DNA of 64,000 bases from Octopus vulgaris (GCA_951406725.2 OX597820.1:45632001-45696000); one strand, 5' to 3'. Counted from the stretch's first letter, positions 37,989 to 50,955 are shown. Numbers and translations: made by a program. Notes: generated by a model not told the origin, from the letters alone.

Positions 37989-40900
37989 AAAATAGAACAC
38001 AGTTCTCTATATTGCTTTAGTAATGTTGCTTGTGCTAGACTGGTGTCCTACTCAGAGAGAAGTTTAGCTTATCTGCATTTTAACATAAAATCTAAGAACT
38101 ATAGCAAGGGATGGGAGAAGAGATTACATGCTAATGGCCCAACAAACAGCAACAAAAGGTTGTGTTCTTTTCTGTTATAGACATATAGGGTAACTGGACA
38201 AGTGCTGAGTGAAAAAGTACCACGGTGGACTGGAAATGGAAGGAACTTGTGGCCAAGGAAGGAAAACATAGGTGATGAGGTCAGATTTCAGTATATTGGG
38301 CATACAGACAAAATTAAAGAATGAAGAGAAGCAGTAATATGCTGAAAAGATTATCCAACCCAAACAGTATGGAAAAAAACACATTTATTAAGTTAAAGCA
38401 TCAAAAACTAATGGCAAGTAAAAATTATAAACACATACAGTGAGAAAATTTCTACAACGACCTATTTTCTCAATTAGCAGAAAAAGTATTTCCCTCAACA
38501 AATCTTCCAAATATTTTGAAGGGGATTTAGTGTAAAAAGCTTGAAAGAGCAGACTATTTAAATCAGGATTTTCCATGAAGTCACTAACTCAAAAGATACA
38601 CTACTTAAAGTCTCCTAACTTGGAGAGGTGCAACCCAAGATTTCAGTTCATCTTTCATCAGAAACAAAATACAGTAATATTTTCTAATCATAAAATACAC
38701 TAATTTGCAGCTAATATTTCCTCCAAAATTCCTCTTATCATATGGGATATATTAAAAACTTTCATCATGTCAAAGTCATAGATTTAACATGGTAGTTATC
38801 TAGTTAATCAGCACTTAATCCTCACCACAACTGTACAGAAGATTAAAGTTTTTAATGCCAAATTGATATAACGCATTTTAATAAACACATGAAAATGTTA
38901 AAAATTGAGAAAAAACAACATACAACAAACTAAATATATGAAAACAAAATCCATGAACTTACTAAAAAAAAAAGCTATTGAAAACAGTAAAAAGAAAGGA
39001 AAAAATTAATAATAATAAAATAGTTCACAATGATATGAATATATGTACATGCCTGCCTGCACGTACGCAAAGTAGATTGACACATTTGCCAATGTTAATA
39101 TTCAAATTCATCGGGTTGAATTAGAATTTAAAAACAGATTGAGTGAATGGAAAGGTGGAATGAGATCAGTTTTTTTTTTCTTTGACTATTATTAGATGAG
39201 GTGTGAGCCAGAAGTAGAAATGCTCACCATACAATTAGAGAGCAAGGGCGAGTTTGATCACAGGCAGTTAAAGTTGCCAATGAATAGCTAAGTGGTAATT
39301 AACCACCATCACAAAAACCTAACTACAACTACAACCAGCTGAAAAGAAATCTACAGCCATATCACATTAGGTGTAAAGAGAGATATTAGCAGGTTAATAA
39401 GGACCAACTAACTCAACTAAGGTGAGTCAAACTAACATACTAAACCACAACACTAAAAACATTTTTAAATAGTAGCTGTGACGGTTATAATTCTGTCAGA
39501 TTTCACAAGGTTAATATACTACTACTTAGCTGTTTCTCTTTTCTCAGAATCTATTTCAAATAGCCATGCTGACAGTAATAATGAAATTAAATAAATACCA
39601 AAGTGAAGATGTAAATGTGTGAAGCATGGGATTCATAAAACAATGCTTCAATATGAACATCTAAGTCGGAAGAAATAATTTCAAGCTGGTACATAATTGA
39701 TTACTGAAAGTTATAGAAAGGACCAGGTACACTGAAAACTTGATAAAAGTTGAAGTAGCTGTGAAAGCAGAATGGGAAGCAAGTTGAAAAGTAGTTGGAA
39801 AGAGATACAGTTGTTAATCAGGCCTGCATAAGTTGTAAAATGAGTGTTATGTTTGTTGTAGGAGAAATGTTGTGAGATGTGGAATTAAGTGATAACTTAC
39901 ATTTGACAGAGTCATAAAGCTGAGTTCACCCAAAGAAACAGGCATATTGTGAAACAATAATCTTCATCTAACATCCAAGCTTAATTTTGAGTGACAGATA
40001 ACTTATTACTAATGCAAAGCAAGTGCTATTAGTATTTTTTTTTTTTAACTAGATGTCCTTCCAAGTTTAACAAACATCATTTTAAGGCCTATTTTCCTCA
40101 TGCTGATATTGCTTCAAAAAATCTACAGTAGGACATCACAACTCAACATCATCTGTGAGATCTTATTGTTGAAACTGAGCATTCTGATACCTGATCCCTA
40201 GGTTTTCCTTGGTCTTAAACTGCCCCAGATACTTCCACTGAGCACATGGCATTTGTACACCCAGATGAACCACCATCAAACAGACTATCTTTTGGTATTT
40301 TGTCACTGAGGCATATCATTCAGACTAAAAAGTACCCAATTGTTCTGATATTAACTTAAAATATGGAATCATCACCATCATTTAACATCCACCTTCCATG
40401 CTGGCATGGGTTGGATGGTTTGACAGGAGCTGGCCAAGTAGAAGCCTGCACCATCTGTGTGTGTTTGCACAGTTTCTGGACCTGGATGCCCTTCCTAACA
40501 CCAACCAGCCAGCAAAGTGGAATTAACAATAAAAAAATGCCCAGTTGTTCTGATATTACCTTAGAATATAGAAAGAGCTAAGCTACAAACAAACCAAATA
40601 TATTCTTACCTATACTTCTACAACTGTTTGATGTAAAGATTGTTAAAGAACAGATAAGTCAACAGGGCATGTCTTGCAAAGTAAAGGAGATCTGAGAACA
40701 GAATGAAGAAAATCACACATAAAAGTTACAAAATCATACTAATTCAATAACCCAGACATTCCAAACCAAAGTACAATATCCGACATTTATTGCTAGTGTT
40801 AGTGAGAGAGAAAGAATTGTATGGTTAACAAAAACAAATCAAATCCTGACTGACATTTGAAACAAAACAGCATCAAAGAAACACTTCAGCCTCATATGAA

Positions 40901-41057
40901 ACACTTGTGTTAGAAAGTGTACAATTGAAGTAATGCAAACATGGAGTAAGTATTAATAAACAGCCGATAATTTAAAGCTAATAAATGTTCAACTAAGGAA
41001 ATATCTTAGTTTGCTGATTTTGCCCAACCAGTGAGGTTAGGCTGTGTAGATAATACT

Positions 41058-41658
41058 TCATCATCATTTAACGTCCGCTTTCCATGCTAGCATGGGTTGG
41101 ACGGTTCAACTGGGGTCTGGGGAGCCCGAAGGCTGCACCAGGCCAGTCAGATCTGGCAGTGTTTCTACAGCTGGATGCCCTTCCTAATGCCAACCACTCT
41201 GAGAGTGTAGTGGGTGATTTTATGTGCCACCGACACAGGTGCCAGACGAGGCTGGCGAACGGCCACGCTCGGATGGTGTTTTTTATGTGCCACCGACACA
41301 GGTGCCAGACGAGGCTGGCAGACGGCCACGCTCGGATGGTGTTTTTTATGTGCCACGGACACAGGTGCCAGACGAGGCTGGCGAACGGCCACGATCGGAT
41401 GGTGTTTGTTACGTGCCCACAGCACGGAGGCCAGTCGATGCGGTACTGGCTACGGCCACGTTCGGATGGTTTTCTTGTGTGCCACTGGCACTGGTACCAC
41501 AAAGATACAAATTCCATTGATGTTCATCTATTTTGATTTGTTTTGATTTTCACTTGCCTCAACAGGTCTTCACAAGTGTCACAAGAAGGAAGGTATGCAC
41601 AGGTGGACTGACTACGTCCAAGGTAGGGGCCACGGGTTATGGCCTGACTAGTCTTGCC
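41058..41658 (-). mobile_element. Young RTE LINE 3'UTR copy with three 63-bp units
   Basis: Near-identical to 54194-54573, CpGs retained; unit starts at 41221, 41284, 41347 and variant at 41410. Confidence 0.9.
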
Positions 41659-42231
41659 AAAGTGGAATAAATTAGTTTGCTGCAAGAGAGAAGAGAAATC
41701 TAATGTTTGGACAGAAACCTTCATTTTCTCTCTAACAAAGGACCCTGCCTAAAATGTTAAGACTTCTCTTTCTTCCACTTTGCAAACTTTTTGTATATAT
41801 AGCATGTGCATGCATGCATTTGTGTTTGTCCCCCATCACTGCCAAGCAGCCATTGTTGGCAAGTTCATGTCCTTGTAACATAGCAATTCATCAAGTCACT
41901 AATAGAATAAGTACCAGGCTAAAAAAAAATGTACTGGGGTTGATTTGTGTGACTAAGGCTTTCAAGGCAGTGCCCCATCACAGTCACAGTCTAATGCCTG
42001 GAACAAGTAAAAGATTCTATTTGTTAACACAGACCATGGTTAGACAGATTCTGTTGTCTCAGTTAAGTAGCATTTAGTTTGATTTGATGAGGATAAGTGG
42101 TTAAGAGAATGTAAAATAGATGAAGATACAAGAAATCAGAAAGCCAGTTGAGATCAGCAGTTCTACCTCATCACCAGTATTACAGAAAAATCAGAATAAG
42201 ACTTTCTTTTTGATTCATTGCTGGTGTAATA

Positions 42232-43278
42232 TAGTGTTGAGTTAAAAGTTTTGTGATATTTCAGTAACTTGTTTTATTTGTCAAGATACAGCAAAAGCAG
42301 CCCAGCATTTAAAGTAGAGACCATCGTGTTGCACCATCTGAAGTCACCTTTCCGCCAGTTCTTTGATCCCAAGCTGATACCAGTTCTTGTCCTTTGAGGT
42401 GAAGAACTCCTCCACTAAAGCTTCCACCTCTTCTTGAATGATGAAGTACCGCATGCACAGGAAGTGAGCCATGGATCGTAGCAAGTAATAATCAGGACTA
42501 TATGCTCAGTGTAGTATAAATTCAATTCCCTCAAGTTCCTGGAGTTTATTCCAAGTCATTCAACTGGTATAAGGTCTTGTGTTGTTTTGCTGCAGAAGAT
42601 CTTGCTTTCTGTTAACTAACGCCAGGTAATCTTGCTGCACAATAGCATACATCCATTTCAGCTGTTTGGAGTACAGGTTGACATGATGGTTCAACCATCT
42701 GGAACAAACTCGTGAATTATTCCCTCATAATTCCACTGGATGCAGAGCAACACCTTGTGTCTAAAATGCCCATGTTTGGTCACAAGTTCCAGAAGCTGGC
42801 TTTTGCTTAATCACTATGCATGTTAGGATAGTAGAAAAATATCTCCCACAGATTATTACTTGTTATGATCCATGATTGACTTCCTGCACTTGCGACGCTT
42901 CATCAACCAAGAAAATGCAAAAGCTTTGGTGAAGGACAAGCTTTGCCTCAAAGGGCAAGAGCTGGTATCAGCTTAGGATAAAAAAAATTTTAAAAACTGG
43001 CAGAAAAGTAGCTTCAGACAGTGCAACACAATGGCCTCCACTCTGAATGCTGCTTTTGTGATAACAAACAAAGCAAATAAATTACCAAAATATTATAAAA
43101 CATTCTTCACTCACGGAGTGGTTGGCGTTAGGAAGGGCATCCAGCTGTAGAAACACAGACAGATCAGACTGGAGCCTGGTGCAGCCTCCTGGCTTCCCAG
43201 ACCAGCAGTCGAACCATCCAACTCGTGCTAGCACGGAAAATGGATGTTAAACGATGATGATGATTTAACTCAATACAA
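42232..43278 (-). mobile_element. Second mariner, internally deleted, one TIR interrupted
   Basis: TA|TAGTGTTGAGTTAAAAGTTTTGTGATATTT and complementary end split into 43088-43104 + 43265-43278|TA; transposase motifs KVLLCIQWNYEGII, LLQQNNTRPY, AYSPD, YYLLRSM, WYQLGIKELAER, QHDGLYF. Confidence 0.85.
43108..43264 (+). mobile_element. RTE 3' tail copy inserted in the mariner TIR
   Basis: GGAGTGGTTGGCGTTAGGAAGGGCATCCAGCTGTAGAAAC ... GTTAAAC(GAT)n. Confidence 0.88.
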
Positions 43279-44466
43279 TACATCAGTGGTGCCCTCATGT
43301 AGATATAATATACTGCTGTATGCAGTGACATCCCTTTGGAACTAATATTTCAATAGTGTGTCATGCTGGATTCAATTTCTCCAATGAGAAAAGCTAGATC
43401 ACAACCACAACCAGAAGTAGATTTTTCTCATCTACTTAACACAGAGAATTGGAGATGATTACTAACTCTAAAGGATGTTATAGTTCAGAAAAAAAAGTTA
43501 GTTTAGTATTTGGTGGGAAAACATTAACAGCGATATAATAAGAGTGTTAAGATTGGGGAAAGTTATCAGAAGAGTACAGATGGGGAAACAATGATATGAT
43601 GGGCAACAGGTAGGCAAAGCATTGAGGTTAATGAAAGTTGAAGACTTCAAAGAAGGTGATCATAAAAGCAGTATCAATAATACGGAGTGGAAACAGTTGT
43701 AAAGTAACCTATAAGAAACACATTTGTTCTATAAAGTCAATGATGTGTGAATGTAGAGGTTACACTATATCAAGGATAGGTATACTATTAGGTAGTATCT
43801 GTTGTTGACAGTAAATACAAAAATACACAAATTTCCTAGAAATAACACACACACACACAAGCACTTGCTGAAATAGCTGCATAATGTTGTTGACAAATTC
43901 AAAAGAAGAGTGTACTAAACAGACTTTTTTGTGCTTTTATGTGAAACATTCGTAAACAACTATTGCCTCATCAGGTAAAAATAGACTGACACCAAATTTA
44001 TATAAAACAACTTTCATGTTATATGTATAATAAAATGTTAGTGGATAATGTGCTTGGAATTGGGTCCTGTGTTCCAGCTGCCTCCTTTTTAGTTGCAAAT
44101 ATAAAGTGATTTTGAAATTTGGAAAAAATTGGAAATCCAAAACTCTTAATTATGCTACTGACAAACACAAGGTATGCAAATGATTCTAATCTTTAGAGCT
44201 TTGTGTTTGACTTAAATAGCTACTGCTATGTAGTTCTCTTCATGAACAGGTAGGGGAGAAGTATTTAAGATCTATGAACTGTGAAACATAAAAACAAGCT
44301 CCTTTGCATTTTTGTGTACAAAGTGTATTAATATCTGTTTAGAATTTCACAGGAAAAAATAAACACAGATTTAAATATTTAATATCTACTTTAAGTTTCT
44401 AACACATACGGTGTTATGCATACATACAATATATACACACACACATATATATATGTGTATATATAT

Positions 44467-44509
<43 letters not shown>

Positions 44510-44569
44510 CATACATACATACATACACACACACACATGTGTGTGTGTGTGTATATACACACACACATA

Positions 44570-44805
44570 TACCACGGTGGAGTGGTTGGCATTCTGAAGG
44601 GCATCCAGCTATAAAAACAATGCCAAAAGTGACCTCATCTGTGCTGGTGCCACGTAAAAGCACTCAGTCCACTCTGTGCGGTGGTTGGTGTCAGGAAGGG
44701 CATCTAGCCATAAAAACCATGCCAAAATAAACACAAAAGTCTGCTACCTGACCAGCTCCTGTCAAACCATCCAACCCATGCCAGTATGGAAGGCAGATGT
44801 TAAAC
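44570..44805 (+). mobile_element. RTE 3' tail copy with internal duplication
   Basis: Two GAAGGGCATC.AGC...ATGCCAAAA blocks followed by CCATCCAACCCATGCCAGTATGGAAGGCAGATGTTAAAC. Confidence 0.7.
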
Positions 44806-45329
44806 AAGGATACATACACTACTCATGTGACTAATGATGTTAGCAAATGTATTTTGTACATTATGCATTGCTCTTTCTTACCAACACTCTACACTCTTTC
44901 ACTCTCTCATCCTTATCACCCTGGTTCCTTTGCCAATATTGAGGCAAATGCATAAAGGAGCTCATCATTCACTCCATGGCCTCTATCTATATTCACCACT
45001 ACCTGCTTGCTATCAATAGCCATCACCATCTTTCACTCACCTCTTACTCTCTATCTCTTACTTGTAGCTTCTCTAGTGGTGGTGTCACAATAAAATGCAC
45101 CCAGTAAACTCTGAAAAGTGGTTGATGTTAGCCATAGAAACCAGACCAGAAATGGAATTTACATGTAAGATATAATCCTCCAAGCCATTTAAGACAACTG
45201 TAACAACCAGTCCAACCCATTCCAGCATTGAAAGTAGAAGTAAAGCAATGATAATATACACAATTTACACCTACACATGCAGGTAATCTAATTAGCAGTG
45301 GAGAAGAATAGAATAAGAACAGGATGGAG

Positions 45330-45745
45330 AAAGCTCTAGCTATGTTAAATAAACCATCATCAAAGGGGTATCTGATGTCGTTTTATATTGACTAGAGTAA
45401 ATTCAAAAAGCATCACAGACAATATAAGGAAAGAGTGTAGGTACAAGAAGGCAACTCTGCTGCAATCCTCATGTAATCAAGAAGTGTTCAGAAAATTGTT
45501 TTGATGCAAAATGCAACCTCAAGCCATTTTGAGGTGTTTGAACCAATGAGATAAAGTGGTTAGGGTAGCCAAAACATTGAAGAAACATTAACATAGCATA
45601 ATTTGGGATACTGTCAAAAGCTTTTTCCATTTAGGTTGTAGAAGAAAAGCAATAGTGGGTTCTGTTGTTTTTTGCTTCTCTCTCGCAATTGTGTTGCACA
45701 GAAAATCTTGTTAGCTGTCCTACTTACTAATACTTGAGCCTCTGT
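45330..45745 (-). mobile_element. Old BovB-like RTE RT-domain relic
   Basis: Minus-strand IFCATQLREK, EKAFDSIP, FGYPNHFISLVQ, GLQQSCLLVPTLF, RYPFDDGLFNIAR. Confidence 0.7.
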
Positions 45746-45849
45746 TAAATTCACTTTGAACATCTTACAATTCTAGGTTTTATCCTAACAACCCTTCATT
45801 TAGTGGAGCAAACAGAGTGCATTTTATCTCACACACACATTCACATATA

Positions 45850-46097
45850 TCATCATCATTATCGTTTAACGTCTGCTTTCCATGCTGTCATGGGTTGGAT
45901 GGTTTGACTGAAGACTGGCAAGCCATGTGGCTGCACCAGGCTCCAATCTGATCTGGCAAGGTTTCTATAGCTGGATGCCCTTCCTAACATAACCACTCCG
46001 AGAGTGTAGTGGGTGCTTTTTACATGCTACCAGTATGGGAACCAGTCGGGCAGCACTTACATCGACCACGCTTGAATGGTGCTTTTTATGTGTCACC
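45850..46097 (-). mobile_element. RTE 3' tail copy
   Basis: CGTTTAACGTCTGCTTTCCATGC...GCTGGATGCCCTTCCTAAC. Confidence 0.8.
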
Positions 46098-46134
46098 AAT
46101 ATATATACAGGCACGCAGACAGATAGACAGACAT

Positions 46135-46492
46135 CTTTTGCTTTTTCAGTCATTAGACTGTGGCCATGCTGGGGCACCACCTTGAAGAATTTTTAGTCGA
46201 ATCAAACCCAGTACTTTCTTTTAAACCTGGTACTTATTACATTAGTCTCTTTTACCAAACAGCTAAGTTATGGCAAATAACACATGAACATTGGTTGTCA
46301 AATGGTGAAGGAGGACAAACACAAAGACACACACAGGTTTCTTTCAGTTTCCATTTACCAAATCCAATCACAAAGATTTGGTTGGCTCAAGGCTATAGTA
46401 CAAGATACCTACACAAAGCACCATGCTGGGGGACTGAACCAAGAACCATGTGGCAGGGAAGTAAGCATCTTACCACACACCTATGCCTGTAC
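46135..46492 (-). mobile_element. tRNA/CORE-type SINE
   Basis: Reverse complement of the 7819-8192 family. Confidence 0.75.
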
Positions 46493-46558
46493 ATGTGTGT
46501 GGACCACTGAAATCTACAAGTTTTTTTTTATTCTCTCTCTGTTTATTTTCTCTTATTC

Positions 46559-46594
46559 CTTTCTGTTGAAGAGCGTAGGCTTGAAACATAAAAG
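46559..46594 (+). ncRNA. Minimal Penelope-type hammerhead relic
   Basis: CTTT-CTGTTGA-A-GAGC GTAG GCTT-GAAA-CA-TA-AAAG: stems I and II present; core variant CUGUUGA. Confidence 0.5.
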
Positions 46595-46684
46595 ATGATT
46601 TCATTTTCCTTAACATCAAACTAATATATTTGCTTGTTGTTCATACACCTGTCTATGTCTTTTGTTTTTCTATAAATTTCAACT

Positions 46685-46970
46685 ATACACAAATTCATAT
46701 CTATACACACATTCGCATACGTACATACTTATGCATGCATATGTACATGCATACACATGTATATACATATGCATATACATACACATACATATCTGTATAC
46801 ATGCATATGCATACATACATGTATATACATACACATGTATATGCATACATACATACTTATGTATGCATATACATGCATATGTAAATATATATGCATATAC
46901 ATGCATATGCATTCATACATACATATATATATACTCACATACACACATTATACATATGTACATACAGACA
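46685..46970. repeat. Complex (CATA/TACA/CATATG) microsatellite
   Basis: Direct inspection. Confidence 0.9.
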
Positions 46971-47613
46971 ATCTTACACACTGTATAATCTGACTGCATG
47001 ACATTTTTGTAAGTATGCATAAAATGTTTTCTTATACAACCCATGCACATACTTCAATTTTACCAGAAAAGATGGGTTATAACCAGGAGGTGATGACAGG
47101 CTTTGATGAGGCAATGACTATAAGCTGCTGCCACAAAATTATGTGCTAAACCCTCACCCATTTTTTCACCTTATGTGAGACTAAGTACACTACCACAAAC
47201 ACCAGAACCTCAAGACTATGCAACATTTACTAGTTTGCTAGTCTATCAGATGTAACTGTAACCAGATGGACTGTAAATGAAAAAAGGTATGTGAGGTGAC
47301 GACTGTTGGGGGTACAAGTTGAAAAGAGGATATCACACCAAGTGCTTGTGTTTTGCTGTCTACACCACAAATGTTCCCCAAGAGAATTCTTGCAAATATG
47401 TGTAAGTGTATGTGTTTGCTGTAACCTGTTTACTGTGTATCAGACTACACAGTTCCACTAAAAGGATGCACTGAGCAAATTTCTGTATATACAGCAAAAC
47501 ATAACTACATACTTATATTCACATATATGCAAACATATACATGTCCATACATTGAAATCATCATCATCGTTTAACGTCCGTTTTCCATGTTAGCATGGGT
47601 TGGACATCAAGAA

Positions 47614-47688
<75 letters not shown>

Positions 47689-50001
47689 TATATATATATA
47701 TATATATACACACACATATATATATATACACACACACACACATATTGTAGCGTGCATATAGGCATGCTTAAGAAGTTCATTTTGTTACACGTTTCGAACC
47801 CACAATGCTAATGTACCAAATGCAAGTGTTCTCAGTGGAGTTTTGGAATAGCTTTTCCTTAAGTTCCATATATCATGATAAAGTGAGGAGGGAGGGTTAC
47901 AGAAAATAATTGAAATTTTGGGGAGGAAAAAATTTTCAGAATCATAATTTCCATTTTATGAAACCCAGAAATACTAATCAATGTATGGGACTTCGAGGGA
48001 CAGCTATTTCAAAACTCTGTCATGTATGCTATTGCAGCTTCAGACCCACCAAAAATTTGTCAGTAGGTGGAAACAGTATGGAAGCCCATTAGAAGTAGGG
48101 AAACTTAAACTGTCTCCCTGTTAAACAGAAGTATTTGATCCTTAGAGACATTTCACGTGCTGTCCACTCCATTGAGGACTAGGTCACAGGTTCACAGATA
48201 ATATCTTATTAGGCACTAAGATGATAAAAAGAATCATGGGCGATGACCTTTTTTTTTCTGATAAAGTCTTAAAGAAAACAAAATGCAACAACAGATGTCA
48301 AGTTGCCCTAACAGAAATACGCCAGTGAAGAGAAAAAAAATAGTGGGGGGCGCCAAATGATGACGATATATAGAAGCAATTCGTCATAACCAATCAACTC
48401 TTCAATTATCTAAAGCTGCAAATTCCAAGTCAATTTAAACGTGGAGGTATCAATGACGATGACAATAATGGTGATTTTTTACATAGGTACAAAAACACAA
48501 ATTTGCTGTTCTTTTATCAACCATAGAAGAATGGGTAACACCCGCCCGATTTTCACTAAGAAAGAAAAAAAAAAACTCGGATTTTTTGTGTGGAATCAAG
48601 TACCCTGACTTTCTAATATGCTGCAAATCCCTTATTTTAGTTCGGAAAGTGGGGGGGGGGAACCCTAGTTTTTTCTTTTTTTTCTTAGTGAAAATCATAA
48701 GGGTGTTACTAAAAAAATTTACCAAAGAACGAAAGAAAAAGTCGGCTTCAGAGGAAAATTTCAAGTGTGACGTAAAAGGGCGTAAAAAATACTGCAGGGC
48801 ATTTTATCTACAACAATAATTATTATTATTGTACATGATAATAAATAATATCAATACTTTTCTACAAAGGGCACAAAGACCTGAAAAATTTGGTGGAGTG
48901 AGCTAGTCCAGGACATAAACCCAGAGCTCAGCTGGCACGTATTAATATCGATTCCGAAAGGACGAAAGGTAGATAGACAGATAAATAAATGAATAAATAA
49001 ATAAATAAATACTAACAACAAAAACGATTTCTTTCCATAAAATAATTTACCTATTTTGCTACAAAGGCAACGCAAAAGAACGAGTATCGGAAAACGACAC
49101 AAAACATGTGAAATGTACTTTTATCAAACACAAAATACCGTTAACAAAGCAGACATAAAACACAGCATTATTTTTATATGAGACGATTAACACGATTACT
49201 TCCTCACATTGACTGACTTCATAGCATTAGAGGAATTAGAGGAGATAGGCGTCAATTCGATTTTGAATCGACCCGAGTAGAAAACTGGTACTTCATACTT
49301 TATATATTAGAGGTAAGCCAGCCAAAAAGGCAAGACGGAAGTCGCCACCTTAATTCTCCCTTTGCCATGAGGGCAAACAAGCGCAAGTGATAAAACAATA
49401 ACACATTCACGCATACCATAGTCATTTAAAACAGGGTCGCCATGTAAAAAAAAAGGAGCTACTCGCATACATTTTTATACACCCGTTTTCATTTCATTCA
49501 TTCATTCACAAACCAAGGAAAGACGTGGGCATATCCAGAACAGATTTATACATACCTTGCATATATATAAAGACGTATGTACACACACACACTTAGGTGT
49601 GTTTTTAGTGTGTAAAACTTGTGCAAATTAGCAATGAAGAATCAGTATATTTCACAGGATATACATACATACGTATGTGTGAGTGTGTATGTGCATACGT
49701 ATATACAATAGTACGTAAATATACATAACAAACGCACGTACAAAATGGCTAACAGAATTTAAAAATAATAATGTGTGCGTGTGTGTTCGCATGTATTAAA
49801 TATAAACATGCACTACTTTGAAAAGCTTAAGAACGGCACATACATACATATTAAGATGTACACATGCGCATACGCAATAAAACATTTTTGTTTCTTTTCT
49901 ACAAGAAACAGTTATACACCTGCAAGAAGCAATGTTTCAAACGACTACATTCAATTCATTCTCACCTTGAAGAAAGTGTGTGTATATTACAAATAGCAAG
50001 C

Positions 50002-50363
50002 ATAGACAGACAGACATAGATAATAGGGATAGGTACAGACAGACAGACAGAGATAATAGGGATAGATACAGACAGACAGACATAGATAATAGGGATAGAT
50101 ATAGACAGACAGACATAGATAATAGGGATAGATATAGACAGACAGACATAGATAATAGGGATAGATATAGACAGACAGACATAGATAATAGGGATAGATA
50201 TAGACAGACAGACACATAGATAATAGGGATAGATATAGACAGACAGACAGAGATAGATAGATAGACAGACAGAGAGATAGACATAGATAGATAGATAGAT
50301 AGACAGATAGAGATAGATAAGACAGATAGAGATAGATAAGACAGATAGATAGATAGATAAGGC

Positions 50364-50435
<72 letters not shown>

Positions 50436-50630
50436 GATAGATAGATAGACAGATAAGACAGACAGACAGATAGATAGGTAGACAGATAGATCGGTAGAAA
50501 AACAGATAGGTAGACAGACAGACAGATAGGTAGACAGTCAGACGGACAGATAGACAGACAGATGATAGACAGATAGATAGACAGACAGATGGATGGATAG
50601 ATGCAGATAACAGATGGACAGACAGATAGC
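50002..50630. repeat. (GATA/GACA)n tract with 33-bp higher-order repeat at its left end
   Basis: About 7 units of ATAGACAGACAGACATAGATAATAGGGATAGAT (50002-50240) grading into pure GATA. Confidence 0.92.
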
Positions 50631-50668
50631 AACAGGGTTTACTCACACACACATACCCAAAATATGTG

Positions 50669-50710
<42 letters not shown>

Positions 50711-50720
50711 TATATATATA

Positions 50721-50955
50721 TCATCGTTTAACGTCCATTCTCCATGCTAGCATGGGTTGGACGGTTCGACCGGGGATCTGGGAAGCCAGAAGGCTGCACC
50801 AGGCTCCAGTCTTATCTGGCAATGTTTCTACAGCTGGATGCCCTTCCTAACGCCAACCACTCCGTAAGTGTAGTGGGTGCTTTTTACGTGCCACCCGCAC
50901 AGGTGCCAGGCGAGGCTGGCAACGGCCATGGTCGGATTGGTGCAATTTACGTGCC
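50721..50955 (-). mobile_element. Young RTE 3' tail copy
   Basis: CATCGTTTAACGTCC tail, one 63-bp-type unit, CpG-rich, flanked by TA microsatellites. Confidence 0.85.

Noticed and set aside
41221-41410. HDV-like ribozyme in the 63-bp unit (GCCAG CCTCGT CTGGC)
   Set aside because: The loop resembles L3, but I could not place P1, P2 or J4/2 in the required order.
41068-41546. Overlapping ORFs with 21-aa repeats
   Set aside because: Artefact of the 63-bp repeat in the RTE 3'UTR; open in several frames on both strands.
43945-43980. Minus-strand CTGATGA-GGCAA TAG TTGTT as a hammerhead
   Set aside because: No GAAA or NUH after the stem and no stem I partner.
49937-50724. Long ORFs of 231 and 245 aa
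   Set aside because: Translations of the (GATA/GACA)n tract with no real coding complexity.
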